A DNA stretch of 64,000 nucleotides from IMGVR_UViG_3300021057_000274:124001-188000; one strand, 5' to 3'. Shown: positions 17,585 to 27,492, numbered from the stretch's first letter. Made by a program: numbers and translations. The notes: generated by a model not told the origin, from the letters alone.

Positions 17585-18633
17585 GAGAGCCAAAGCGAGT
17601 CCTGATCTACGATGTCGCGAACGTCCTCTTCAGGGTAGCGGCGGTCCAGAAGTACTCTCCCTACGCGCGCGACGCGTCAGAGGAGGACATGGTCGGGCTG
17701 TGCATGCACATGGCTCTCTACTCGATCTACAAGTGGTTCGAGAAGTACCGCCCGGAGTTCGTCGTCTTCGCCTTCGAGGGCTCGAACAACTGGCGAAAGA
17801 AGTACACGGCCGAGACCTACGCTCGCAAGGCCTTTCAGTACAAGGGCAACCGGGTCATTGACCCGGCGATGAAGCACTACTACCAGCTGATTGACTCGTT
17901 CCGTGAGACGATCAAGGCTCACACGTCGATCTGCTGTTTACACATCGACACGATGGAGTGCGACGACGCGATCGCTGGCTATTGCCAGCTCAACGCTCAA
18001 GACGGCAAGGAGATCTTCATCGTCTCTGGAGATCGCGACTTCGTTCAGCTCCTCAAGCTCCCTGGAGTCAAGCTCGTCAACCCTGACGACGGCAAGCTTA
18101 GAAATCAGCCGGGTGACAAGCACTATCAACCCGACATCGACTACTGGCTCTTCGAGAAGTGCGTCCGCGGTGACATGGGTGACTATGTCCCCTCCGCCTA
18201 TCCGCGCGTCAGGGCGACCAAGATCAGGGAAGCCTACCAGAGCGAGTATGCTCGGATCAACTTCATGAACACGATCTGGACGGAGACCCTCGATGACGGC
18301 AAGACCGTCGCGCACCGGGTCGGTGACCTCTTCGAGCACAACGTGCTTCTCCTTGATCTCTACAAGCAACCAACTGAGGTACGGACAGCTCTGCTCCAAG
18401 CTGTGCAAGAGCAGTCCCAGACGCTAGGTCACTACTCTCACTTTCACTTTCTCCGCTTCCTCGACAAGCACCGCCTCGAGAAGGTGCGCGAGAACGCAGT
18501 CAGGTTCGTCGACATGTTTACCAACAACCAGCGCTTCCTCAAGGGCGAACAGATCCTCCAAACCACAAAGCCTCCAGTAAGAGAGGCGGAGGACTCGAAG
18601 CCCGCCCCGAGGGCCGGACTCTTGGAGTTTTGA
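17581..18633 (+). CDS. rnh: RNase H / 5'-3' exonuclease (T4 rnh, FEN-like)
   Basis: LIYDVAN, FAFEG..NWRK, ECDDAIA, VSGDRDFVQL, GDMGDYVP motifs. Confidence 0.92.
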   Translation: MREPKRVLIYDVANVLFRVAAVQKYSPYARDASEEDMVGLCMHMALYSIYKWFEKYRPEFVVFAFEGSNNWRKKYTAETYARKAFQYKGNRVIDPAMKHYYQLIDSFRETIKAHTSICCLHIDTMECDDAIAGYCQLNAQDGKEIFIVSGDRDFVQLLKLPGVKLVNPDDGKLRNQPGDKHYQPDIDYWLFEKCVRGDMGDYVPSAYPRVRATKIREAYQSEYARINFMNTIWTETLDDGKTVAHRVGDLFEHNVLLLDLYKQPTEVRTALLQAVQEQSQTLGHYSHFHFLRFLDKHRLEKVRENAVRFVDMFTNNQRFLKGEQILQTTKPPVREAEDSKPAPRAGLLEF

Positions 18634-18803
18634 TGCTTCACCAACGTTACGCTCAAGCGATCTGTGACGCGCACGAGATCGACTCGTTGATGAGCGACTC
18701 AGAGGAGCGCGAGCTCCTCATCGCTAACAACCAGGATCTCTACTACGCGTACATCGCTCTTCTTCAAGTCGCGTACCCCGAAGATGAGAGATGGTACATT
18801 TGA
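18633..18803 (+). CDS. Hypothetical protein (56 aa)
   Basis: Read by hand; TGATG coupling. Confidence 0.5.
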   Translation: MLHQRYAQAICDAHEIDSLMSDSEERELLIANNQDLYYAYIALLQVAYPEDERWYI

Positions 18804-18856
18804 AAAAGCTCTTATTTATTCATCGTCTTCCTCTTGAGGTCAATCTATCTCCTCAA

Positions 18857-18862
18857 TAAATA
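18857..18862 (+). promoter_or_regulatory. Late promoter core TAAATA
   Basis: AATAAATA in an intergenic gap; downstream gene has an SD. Confidence 0.6.
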
Positions 18863-18910
18863 CTCGCACAACAGCGGACCCCCGCTCAACATACGAGATC
18901 CAGAGGAACT

Positions 18911-19423
18911 ATGCCGAGAGGAGTTAAGAACCAACCTGCTGCCGAACAGCCGCAGCAACTAGCCGCTCCAGCTGCTCCACGTCGCTCGCCCGCCGACCTT
19001 GGTCGTCGCCTGCGTCCGACCAAGCTTCACCACGTCTTTCACTTCGACATCGCTGGAGACAACAAGTTCCGCGAGGTTGCGGTGGTCAAGATGGCCAAGA
19101 CCGCTGACGGCACGATCCAATCGGTGTACTACATCGACGTCGGGCTGTGCGACCAGGTCGACAAGGGACGCATGAAGACGATCGTCACGAGCGTACACGC
19201 CGACAAGTATGAGCTCTGGGACCTGCTCTCGCAGACCACGCTCAACAACGGCAAGAACGCTCTCGACTACTTTCACCAGCTCGTCAAGGTAGTGCACGGA
19301 CCCGGCGCGGTGACCTCAAGCCCGGCTAGTAGCCTCAGCCTGGTGCGCGCTGAGAGCGGCAACATGGTAGGATCTGAGTTCACGGATCCAGCCAGCGGCG
19401 CGGTCGACCCGACGCACAATTAA
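18911..19423 (+). CDS. Hypothetical protein (170 aa)
   Basis: SD GAGGA; bracketed by a promoter and a terminator. Confidence 0.75.
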   Translation: MPRGVKNQPAAEQPQQLAAPAAPRRSPADLGRRLRPTKLHHVFHFDIAGDNKFREVAVVKMAKTADGTIQSVYYIDVGLCDQVDKGRMKTIVTSVHADKYELWDLLSQTTLNNGKNALDYFHQLVKVVHGPGAVTSSPASSLSLVRAESGNMVGSEFTDPASGAVDPTHN

Positions 19424-19440
19424 GAAACATCATAAGCAGA

Positions 19441-19476
19441 GCGAGAGGCTCACTTCGGTGAGCCTCTCGCCTATTT
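19441..19476 (+). terminator. Intrinsic terminator
   Basis: Perfect 13-bp stem GCGAGAGGCTCAC / GTGAGCCTCTCGC with C-TTCG-G loop, then CTATTT. Confidence 0.85.
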
Positions 19477-19510
19477 GTCTTCCCTCTCCGTGATAAGATA
19501 CAATCACAGC

Positions 19511-19831
19511 ATGTCTGACGCGCTCTACAAGGTCTTCAAGGAAGCTGGTCTCATCAGGGATCCTGAGAAGACAGCGGTCTCTCTAGATGAAGCGACCGAC
19601 GAGATGATTCGTCGCGCGATCGCTGAGGACCGAGTCAAAGATCTAGGCCACGACGCGCACGAGCTCATCAAAGACAGAATCAGAAAGAAGATCGACGAGG
19701 AACTCGCCAGGATCAAATATGAGAAGAAGATCTACGGCAACATCAAGAAAGCTAACGAAATCGATGATGAGGATGCCGGTGACTTCATCGACGAGGAAGA
19801 GTGGGAACTGGAGGACGAGAGACTAGACTAG
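19511..19831 (+). CDS. Hypothetical acidic protein, possible head protein
   Basis: SLDEA motif; acidic C-terminus. Confidence 0.6.
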   Translation: MSDALYKVFKEAGLIRDPEKTAVSLDEATDEMIRRAIAEDRVKDLGHDAHELIKDRIRKKIDEELARIKYEKKIYGNIKKANEIDDEDAGDFIDEEEWELEDERLD

Positions 19832-19859
19832 AGTACTAGCCCCGCTAGGGCAGATCATC

Positions 19860-20633
19860 ATGACGATGATCTCACAAGCCATGGCTCAATCTACCGAGCC
19901 GCAACTCAAGGAGAAATCTTACATGAAACTGATCAGCAGCATGTGCTTCATCATCTCGATCATCATCACCGCCAGCGCCTTCACCTACTTGAAGGCTTAT
20001 CTAGTCCCAGAGAACGGCACGGCGGTCATCTACGTTCCAGGATCATCACACGGCGGACAACCAGTCACCGTGAAGCTCCCCGAGAACATGACCGCGAAGC
20101 AGCACGAGGTCTTGACCTTCGCGCTCAAGGTAGCTCAAGATGACGGGTACAAGAATCCTCGCTATCTCCAGGGAATCTTGATGCAAGAGTCTCACGCTTG
20201 CGCCGTCAAGGACTTTCGAGTGGCCGGCTTGACAAACAAGGTCGGAGACCGCTACTTCGGCTGCGGACAGATCAAGCTCGCCGCGGCGAGGGACGTGATG
20301 AGAGCGTACCCGACGATGTGGAGCTATCTCGACACGAGAACCGACGAGGAGCTCCAAGCTCGCCTGATCTTGGACAACGAGTTCAACATTCGGGTCGCGA
20401 GTAAATATGCTCTCCTGATGGGCATCAACCATGACCCCGCTCGAGCGATCACTCGCTACAACCTGGGTGAGGGCGGCGCGCAGAGCGTCAACCCACAGGA
20501 TCATCACTACACCTCTGGAGTGAAGAGACACGTCGATAGGCTTAATGTACCGGCCGAGCGGCGAAAGTTACAATCACATAATGCTTCTACTCCCGAAGTT
20601 TCTCTCCAGCTCGCACGAGCTGAGCGTCAATGA
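19860..20633 (+). CDS. Lytic transglycosylase (SLT / lysozyme-like) with N-terminal TM
   Basis: ILMQES catalytic Glu, GCGQIK, NIRVA, RYNLG motifs. Confidence 0.8.
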   Translation: MTMISQAMAQSTEPQLKEKSYMKLISSMCFIISIIITASAFTYLKAYLVPENGTAVIYVPGSSHGGQPVTVKLPENMTAKQHEVLTFALKVAQDDGYKNPRYLQGILMQESHACAVKDFRVAGLTNKVGDRYFGCGQIKLAAARDVMRAYPTMWSYLDTRTDEELQARLILDNEFNIRVASKYALLMGINHDPARAITRYNLGEGGAQSVNPQDHHYTSGVKRHVDRLNVPAERRKLQSHNASTPEVSLQLARAERQ

Positions 20634-20651
20634 TCCTCGTCAGGTCTTCTC

Positions 20652-21668
20652 TTGATCCAGAGAGAAGACCTGGAACACCTCATCCGACGACATGTCGTTC
20701 TAGGAAAGAGGTCAGCTAAGGGGTACGAGAGCGTCAAGTGCGCCTCGTGCAACGATTACAAGTACAGAGGCGGATTCAAGTTTGAGGGCGGATCCGTCAT
20801 CTACAAGTGCTTCAACTGCGGAGTCAAGGGCGTCTACGACGGCGGCGAAGAGCTGTCTGCGAGGATGCGAGACATCCTCCTCGCCTTCGGCGTCCCTCGC
20901 GACGAGTTCGAAGCTAGCGTCAACGCTAAGTTCTACCAGGAGAAGCTGAGCGGCCTCTCTACCCCGATCAAGAAGAAGACCGGGATGCCGATCGTTGAGG
21001 TGCCGCTCCCGGAGCGCTCATTCGTCTGCACCGACATCAAGTCGCCTTGGTGCGACGTCGGGAGAGAGTATCTCCACCTGAGGGGGCTCTCATACATCGC
21101 AGATCACATGTTCGTCTCCGAGGACCCGAAGTACCTCGGAAGAATTATCATCCCGTGCTTCTTCCGGGATAGAATCATCTACTGGCAAGCTCGCGCCATG
21201 GACGACTCGGTGGGAGAGCGATACAAGAACCCGCTCGTCTCGACCGACAACGTCTTCTTCAACATGGACGAGCTCTATAGATATACAGATGAGCCCTTGT
21301 TTGTGACGGAGGGCTTCTTCGACGCCGCATCGATCGGAAGGTTAGCTGTCGCCCTCGCGGGAAGCAACCTCACCGAGTTTAAGCTCGACGAGCTGAAGAA
21401 AGCGGCCTCTCGACGGAAGGTGATCTTCGTCATCGACAAGGACTTGAACGGCTTCAATCTGGGGATGAGGGTCCTCGCGGCCGGGGTAAGCAACTTCTAC
21501 GTGGCTTGCTTCCCCGACAACATCGACGACGCCAACACCGCCCTCCAGAGGCTGGGCAAGCTTTGGATGCTCAACCACCTCGGCTCGACCGCGGTGAAGG
21601 GCTTCGAGGCAGAACTCTTGCTGCGCTTCAAGTATCAGCGAGAGCCTTCCTCGAAGCAGAGATCTTAG
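20652..21668 (+). CDS. gp61: DNA primase (T4 gp61-like)
   Basis: Zn-binding CASC and CFNC; TOPRIM VTEGFFDA and DKD; DDAN. Confidence 0.92.
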   Translation: MIQREDLEHLIRRHVVLGKRSAKGYESVKCASCNDYKYRGGFKFEGGSVIYKCFNCGVKGVYDGGEELSARMRDILLAFGVPRDEFEASVNAKFYQEKLSGLSTPIKKKTGMPIVEVPLPERSFVCTDIKSPWCDVGREYLHLRGLSYIADHMFVSEDPKYLGRIIIPCFFRDRIIYWQARAMDDSVGERYKNPLVSTDNVFFNMDELYRYTDEPLFVTEGFFDAASIGRLAVALAGSNLTEFKLDELKKAASRRKVIFVIDKDLNGFNLGMRVLAAGVSNFYVACFPDNIDDANTALQRLGKLWMLNHLGSTAVKGFEAELLLRFKYQREPSSKQRS

Positions 21669-22287
21669 CTTTAGTTTCAGCAGACAATTTTCTCCCCTTA
21701 AGGTAGGAGTAGTCACGGCTTTTAGCTTTCATAGATATTTTAAGCTTGGCTTCTTCCGAATGTTTTGTGCCAAATCGTGGATTCGCTTCTCCGCGTTTAC
21801 CAAACATAGGGTGGTTTTCACCAGACATCTGAAGCTTTTGAGCTTTGGAGAGCTTTTTTCCGGTACGTGCTCCAGGCTTTCCAAAGAAAGGGTGATTTTC
21901 TCCAGACATCTTACGTCGATGCTCTTCGGACCATTTTCGCCCATGATGTAATTCTGAGAGAGCTTTGCTGAATTTTTGTCTTAAATTTTGATAGGTTCTA
22001 GAATTGATTTTCACTTCTCGTTGATGGATTCGATTTCGCCGCCTAGTCATACCAAAGGCCGCAAAGACCATCTTATTTTTGAACTTTCCTTCTACCATTT
22101 TTGTTAGCAAAATATGGCAGATGAAATGTTCTCTAGCAGTCAACTTGACAAGATTAGAAGAAGCATTTATTCCTCCAAGAGATTTTGGAAGGATGTGATG
22201 CTTTTCGGAATACCCGCTTGGAGAAAATTTCAATCGGTGATCAATGATCCGATAATACCACTTAGTATACTTGTTAAATAGAAACAT
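21628..22287 (-). mobile_element. Free-standing HNH homing endonuclease with NUMOD3 repeats
   Basis: EKHHILPKSLGG..NLVKLTAREHFICH; HSEEAKLKIS and LSAETKAKIS repeats; AT-rich; true start MFLFNKY at 22287. Confidence 0.9.
22275..22280 (+). promoter_or_regulatory. Late promoter core TAAATA, 5 nt before helicase ATG
   Basis: Direct reading; lies inside the HNH coding sequence. Confidence 0.5.
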
Positions 22288-23677
22288 GGAAACCTCGGTA
22301 GAAAAACAAAAACTTCTTCTTTCGTATTTAGTATCGTCACAAGACCTCTTCATCAAGACGTCACCCATCCTCAAGGCGGGGTACTTTGACCCGTCCTTGA
22401 AGAAGGCCGTGCAGTTCGTCCTCGGGTACTTTAACGAGTACAAGGCTCCGCCGTCGCTCGAGCAGATCAAGGCGGAGACCGGGCTCACCCTCTCAGGCAA
22501 GGAGCTGTCGAAGGCCGAGATCTCCTACGCTGAGAACCAGTTCGAGACGTTCTGTCGGAACTCGGCTTGCAAGGAAGCTGCCTTCATGCTCCCCTCCCTC
22601 CTCAAGGAGGCGAAGTACGGAGACATGCTGAAGGTTATGCAAGAGGCGATCCAGATCAGCCTCTCCAGAGACATCGGCATCAACTACTTCGATGACCCCG
22701 AGGCTCGCCTCAAGATCCTCACGCTGAACAACAACACCATCCCGACCCTCATCCACAAGCTAGATGAGAACCTGGGCGGAGGCATCACGCGAAAGGAGAT
22801 GATCATCTTCGCCGCGCCGTCTGGGGTCGGTAAGTCGATCACGATGTCGAACGTCGCCAAGAATCTGGCCAAGCAAGGACTTCACGGCGTCTACTTCACC
22901 CTCGAGCTGTCCGAGGAGATCGTCGCCAAGCGCTTCGACTCGATGTTCTCCGGAATAGCTCAACACGCGATCCTCTACAACATCACTCAAACCGCGATCG
23001 AGGTACGCAAGCAGTCAGAGAGCTCTGGGCGCTTGTTCATCAAGCGAATGCCTGAGTCCTCCACGAACGCGAACCACCTCAGAGCTTACTTGAAGGAGTT
23101 CGAGATCGTCAACGGGTTCGTCCCGGACTTCATCGTCGTTGATTACCTCGACCTGATGGCTTCGGTGCAATCGGTGTCCGTCGAGAACCAGTTCGTCAAG
23201 GATAAGTACGTTTCGGAGGAGTTGCGAGCGATCGCAAACGACTACAACGCCTTCATGATCACGGCGTCCCAGCTCAATCGCGGAGCTCAACAGCTCGAGA
23301 GCCTAGATGACTTGAGCCAAGCACACATCGCGGGCGGCATCTCGAAGGTCAACACCACCGACGTGCTCTGCGCGATCATCCAAACCGCTCAGATGAAAGC
23401 TCGTCAAGAGATGATGTTCAAGCTCCTCAAGACTAGAAACTCGAGCGGTGTAGGCAACTACTTCATGGTCAAGTTCAACCCGGCCAGCCTGCTTCTGGAG
23501 AACCTCGAGGAGGGGGAAACGCGCCCCGATCGCACCCTGTCCTCCGTGCTGCGCGGAAAGCTGGCGCGGGACCGCAAGCCTGACGATCCAGCAGCTCCAA
23601 CCGTCGTCGAACCTAACAAGCCGAGACCGACCGGTCCCGGCGGCATGGGCATCAATAACATCCCCTTTCAAGTGTGA
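22286..23677 (+). CDS. gp41: Replicative helicase (DnaB / T4 gp41-like)
   Basis: Walker A AAPSGVGKS, FTLELSE, IVVDYLDLM, ASQLNR, KTRN. Confidence 0.95.
   Translation: METSVEKQKLLLSYLVSSQDLFIKTSPILKAGYFDPSLKKAVQFVLGYFNEYKAPPSLEQIKAETGLTLSGKELSKAEISYAENQFETFCRNSACKEAAFMLPSLLKEAKYGDMLKVMQEAIQISLSRDIGINYFDDPEARLKILTLNNNTIPTLIHKLDENLGGGITRKEMIIFAAPSGVGKSITMSNVAKNLAKQGLHGVYFTLELSEEIVAKRFDSMFSGIAQHAILYNITQTAIEVRKQSESSGRLFIKRMPESSTNANHLRAYLKEFEIVNGFVPDFIVVDYLDLMASVQSVSVENQFVKDKYVSEELRAIANDYNAFMITASQLNRGAQQLESLDDLSQAHIAGGISKVNTTDVLCAIIQTAQMKARQEMMFKLLKTRNSSGVGNYFMVKFNPASLLLENLEEGETRPDRTLSSVLRGKLARDRKPDDPAAPTVVEPNKPRPTGPGGMGINNIPFQV
22325..22330 (-). promoter_or_regulatory. Late promoter core TAAATA for the HNH gene, inside the helicase CDS
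   Basis: TATTTA on + strand, 37 nt upstream of the HNH ATG. Confidence 0.5.
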
Positions 23678-23683
23678 GGAAAC

Positions 23684-23911
23684 ATGAGCGTCGTCTCTAT
23701 CGGCAACAAGATGTACCCGTTCGACAAGCTTCCCCAGCACGCGCAAAACCTCGTCAAGGTCTACCAGGGTTGGGAGGAAGAGCTGATCAAGGCCCAGATC
23801 GAGTGCCTCAAGCTTGAGGCGGCGATGCGTGCGGTCTCGCGAGAGGTGGAGGAGATCATCACTGGTCTCCCGCCGATTCAAGCCGTTCCAGACGAACCGA
23901 AAACTGAGTAA
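23684..23911 (+). CDS. Hypothetical coiled-coil protein (75 aa)
   Basis: SD GAGGA. Confidence 0.7.
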   Translation: MSVVSIGNKMYPFDKLPQHAQNLVKVYQGWEEELIKAQIECLKLEAAMRAVSREVEEIITGLPPIQAVPDEPKTE

Positions 23912-23964
23912 GGTGGTTACCTACCTCATCACATGGATGAGATAGCACCGGATAGCTCACCTTC

Positions 23965-24168
23965 ATGATCGCGGCTAGGCTACTTTCTTGTCTCTTACTG
24001 GCGGGATGCGCTGCTTCTGACTCGATGCAAATTCCGGAGTCATGCTTTCTCGCCCCGAGGGAGCAAGTGCTGACATCAGATCGCATCTTGTTCATGCACG
24101 TGATCATCTGTGACGAACCTCACGTTAAACCTGACTTCGGCTGGTCGATTCCCTTGGATCTCAGGTGA
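23965..24168 (+). CDS. Small lipoprotein-like protein
   Basis: LLLAGC lipobox; GTGA coupling. Confidence 0.45.
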   Translation: MIAARLLSCLLLAGCAASDSMQIPESCFLAPREQVLTSDRILFMHVIICDEPHVKPDFGWSIPLDLR

Positions 24169-24992
24169 ATCCCTTCACCGTTCTCGAGCTCCCCGACGGA
24201 GCCTCTAAGCGAGATGTCAAGCAAGCCTACCGCCGTCTCGCCGGAAAATACCATCCTGACAAGAACCCGAACCCCGGGGCGACCGAGAGGTTCAAGCTAG
24301 TCAAGGAGGCTTACGAGTTCTTGACGACCGGGCGATCGGCGTCAAAGATCTTCGGCCAGTCCCAGGTCAACCCAGTTAAGCCACCTCACTACCAGCCGCC
24401 GATGTACCGGCCGCCTGTCGAGCCTGAGGGCTTCGCGCCACCGATCGAGGTGAAGCTCTCGTTCGCTGACGTCTTCAGCGCCGGACGACAACGAGTGCCG
24501 TGGACAAATTACTACTTCAACCTCCCGGCCTACGTCAGAGACGGTCAGCTCTATAGAGCCAAAGCGTGGGATGACTCGATGGACTTCAGGTACTACAACC
24601 TTAAGTTCAAGCTCTTTGACCCGACTGACTTCTACAAGATCGAGAAGGGGAAGGTAGTTTGTAATGTTGACGTGACGATCGGCCAGGTTCTCGCTGGGGC
24701 TGACATCTTCATCAAGAACCTCAACCCCGACCTCCCTGACGTCTCGATCGGTCGAGAGGTGACTGACAAAGCGGTGACCCTCTTATGTGCTAACCACAAG
24801 AGGATCATGAGCGATGCAGATCGCCTCGCTCAAGTAGACGAGGCCGGGCTCTACGGGCCGCGGAAGCGTGACCCGATCTGGGTGCGAGTCAACCTCGTCT
24901 ACAAGTCGCTAGAGGGAGAGGATTATCACACGCTTCTCGAGCTGAAGAAGACGATCGACGGCATCTTAAGCAACTACGAACACATCCGCTAG
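24165..24992 (+). CDS. DnaJ-domain protein
   Basis: KQAYRRLAGKYHPDKNP...FKLVKEAYE J-domain; C-terminal region resembles the DnaJ C-domain. Confidence 0.9.
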   Translation: MNPFTVLELPDGASKRDVKQAYRRLAGKYHPDKNPNPGATERFKLVKEAYEFLTTGRSASKIFGQSQVNPVKPPHYQPPMYRPPVEPEGFAPPIEVKLSFADVFSAGRQRVPWTNYYFNLPAYVRDGQLYRAKAWDDSMDFRYYNLKFKLFDPTDFYKIEKGKVVCNVDVTIGQVLAGADIFIKNLNPDLPDVSIGREVTDKAVTLLCANHKRIMSDADRLAQVDEAGLYGPRKRDPIWVRVNLVYKSLEGEDYHTLLELKKTIDGILSNYEHIR

Positions 24993-25003
24993 GTCAGGAA
25001 TCA

Positions 25004-25009
25004 TAAATA
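25004..25009 (+). promoter_or_regulatory. Late promoter core TAAATA, 7 nt before GTG
   Basis: Direct reading. Confidence 0.65.
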
Positions 25010-25016
25010 CCTGGCC

Positions 25017-26522
25017 GTGAAGACCTCATTCAAAACTCTCCTAGAGGGAGCTCCAGATTACCACGTCAAGCACGTCGAGGATCTCGACGTCGAGACGTTC
25101 ATCCGCGTCATCGAGCGCGTCCACGAGCTTGACGCCGTTCAAAAGCTAGACGGCGCGAACCTCCGGGGCGGCATCGATGAGGACGCTAAGCTGTACACCT
25201 CGCGAGAACAGAAGGGCGGCAAACGGTTCTACTCGCTCAAGGACTTTCCGAAGCGCTCTGCCTTCGACGGGTTCAGAGCTGCTCACGCCGTGCTCGAGCA
25301 GGTCGAGCACGTCATCAAGGACATCGTCGCGCCAGGTGAGGCCTTCAACATGGAGGTGATCTACGGCGAGCAGCCGAACACCGTGCTCTACGGCAAGGAT
25401 CGCTTGAACTACCTCGCCATCCTCGAGATGGTACCGGGAGATGATCCGACGATCGATCCCGACCAGCGCAAGACCAAGCAACTGATCGAAGCTCTCAATG
25501 ACCACGTCATCACGGTCGACACGCTGGCCCACGAGACGCATGACGGCTCGGTCATCGTGTCGGCTCCGAAGATCACCGACTGGAAGATCGTCGGCTCTGA
25601 CAAGATCTCGAAGCACGACCTCGAGGAGCTTGACTTTAGCGAGGAGCTAGGCAACCTCAAAAAGTTCCTCGAGACCGACAACGAGGTAGCGAGGAAGGAG
25701 GGAAAGATCCTCACCAACTTCGAGGTGCTCAAGGACAAGTCACCCAAGCTCAGCGAGGAGCGCAAGAAGGTCGACGAGAAGATCCGGAACGACTTCAAGC
25801 TTCCGATCAAGGAGAAGCTGATGCGGATCGTCAAGAAGCAGAAGCCGTCCCTGCGCGGTGAGACGACCGACTCGGGGCAGAACGCGGGAACCTACACCGG
25901 CATCGAGGGGATCATCTTCACCGACAAGAAGACGCGCGAGCGATTCAAGGTCGTCGATCGAGACGTCTTCACCAAGATCAATCAGTTCAACTACGAGGTC
26001 CGCAAGTCGATCAACTCGACGCTGAAGACCTCGAACACCGACCTACCCGTCGAGGAGCGCGGCGGCCTGGTCGGCGAGGCGCACATCCGCTCGGTGAGGC
26101 TGCTCGGTCTGCCCGGTGCCGAGATGCCAGCCCAGGTGAAGCGGGTCATCGAGAAGCTCAAGGGCGAATCTCGTGACGCGACGGTCAAGAACATCATCGA
26201 CTCGCTCCACCAGCTTAACTTTCAAGCGATCCGTCGAAAGATCCAAGCCGTTTACATCTCGACGATCGACGACGTCGACGACGCGCGCGACTCCTTCAAG
26301 CAAAACGCTGACACTTACTCGCTCAAGCTGAGCGACGACCAGGAGATCAAGTATACTCCGGAGATCAAGCGTCGGACGCTGATGGTCTTCGCCGAGGCGC
26401 GCAAGACGCTCGAGGAGATCCTGGTCAAGGTCAAAAAGACGCAAGACATGGAGGACTTGATCGAGCTCCTCTTCAAGAAGTACATCGACGAGCTACACGG
26501 AGGGGATGATGACGAGTTCTAA
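25017..26522 (+). CDS. RNA-ligase-like nucleotidyltransferase domain protein, probable head protein
   Basis: QKLDGAN (motif I), EVIYG (III), EGIIF (IV), FKVV (V); LLE N-terminal motif. Confidence 0.6.
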   Translation: MKTSFKTLLEGAPDYHVKHVEDLDVETFIRVIERVHELDAVQKLDGANLRGGIDEDAKLYTSREQKGGKRFYSLKDFPKRSAFDGFRAAHAVLEQVEHVIKDIVAPGEAFNMEVIYGEQPNTVLYGKDRLNYLAILEMVPGDDPTIDPDQRKTKQLIEALNDHVITVDTLAHETHDGSVIVSAPKITDWKIVGSDKISKHDLEELDFSEELGNLKKFLETDNEVARKEGKILTNFEVLKDKSPKLSEERKKVDEKIRNDFKLPIKEKLMRIVKKQKPSLRGETTDSGQNAGTYTGIEGIIFTDKKTRERFKVVDRDVFTKINQFNYEVRKSINSTLKTSNTDLPVEERGGLVGEAHIRSVRLLGLPGAEMPAQVKRVIEKLKGESRDATVKNIIDSLHQLNFQAIRRKIQAVYISTIDDVDDARDSFKQNADTYSLKLSDDQEIKYTPEIKRRTLMVFAEARKTLEEILVKVKKTQDMEDLIELLFKKYIDELHGGDDDEF

Positions 26523-27492
26523 CTTTCTGCTCGGGCTAGACGAGTCAGCTCACCTGAACCGGCTCCAGGGAAAGAGCATGGATGACGTCAAGAACGCGTT
26601 CATGGCTAACCTCCTCGCGACGTTGCTCATCCTCCGCACGCAAGATCTTGACGGGCTCGTGCTGGTCAATGACCGGTCTGACCACAAGATCAAGAGCTTC
26701 TCGCCACAGATGCGTGACCTGAAGTTCTGGGGACGCGCCCTCTTCCACCCAGAGGACAAGGAGGTGAAGAAGCGGATCCTTCCCGGCCACGCCGACCTGC
26801 TTCACCGCGAGTCAGGGCGGATCTTCAACTCTAGGATCGAGTGGCTGATGAAGTTGCCGAGCACCTCTCCAGAGAACATCAACTGGCATGAGGTTACCTC
26901 ATGCCTCTTGCTCCTCCGTCACCGCTACACGATGCGGAGCTCGTACATGGATCGCATCATCAGCGCGATCTACCTCTGGGACCGCATCAAGGACACTCAG
27001 AAGCGCAAGGCGATCAACGACGCGTTCATGTACCTCCTGCAGAGCGACCAGAAGTCAGCTCTCTTGACCAGGATGCGGGCGCTGTCGACACGATCGCTCC
27101 TCAGCGCAACCGTCGCCGCGATGGCTCAACGCGTGATCGGCTTCAAGCGCCTCCACGAGAACGAGAGCATCTCGGTCGGAGGGATCGCCTCAGGCGGCAA
27201 CGCGATCGTGGGCGCCAACTCGGGGGCCTCCGCGATCACTCAGCCCGAGATGGACCAAACCGTTTCTAACCTCTACGGCTTGTCGAAGCTCTCGCAGATC
27301 CAAGTGCAAAAGCGAGGTAAATACATGTTCCGGGACAACAAGATCGTCAAGAAGAAGCCGAAGAAGTTCAAGGCGATCAAGTTCAAGGCCCCGAAACACA
27401 TGAAGTTGGATCGAACTCCCAACAAGGGAAAGAAGAACAAGCTGGGCTACGGCGCGGCTGAACTAGACGGAGCAGACGGAGGTAGCGAGTGA
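26506..27492 (+). CDS. Hypothetical late protein, probable virion protein
   Basis: LDES and LHENES possible processing sites; same operon. Confidence 0.65.
   Translation: MMTSSNFLLGLDESAHLNRLQGKSMDDVKNAFMANLLATLLILRTQDLDGLVLVNDRSDHKIKSFSPQMRDLKFWGRALFHPEDKEVKKRILPGHADLLHRESGRIFNSRIEWLMKLPSTSPENINWHEVTSCLLLLRHRYTMRSSYMDRIISAIYLWDRIKDTQKRKAINDAFMYLLQSDQKSALLTRMRALSTRSLLSATVAAMAQRVIGFKRLHENESISVGGIASGGNAIVGANSGASAITQPEMDQTVSNLYGLSKLSQIQVQKRGKYMFRDNKIVKKKPKKFKAIKFKAPKHMKLDRTPNKGKKNKLGYGAAELDGADGGSE

Noticed and set aside
21628-22500. 290-aa version of the HNH ORF
   Set aside because: The first 71 residues are antisense to helicase codons. The HNH-type sequence begins at MFLFNKY (22287).
11545-23677. 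Introns or inteins in the polymerase, primase or helicase
   Set aside because: The ORFs are continuous and of normal size. The HNH gene is free-standing between genes.
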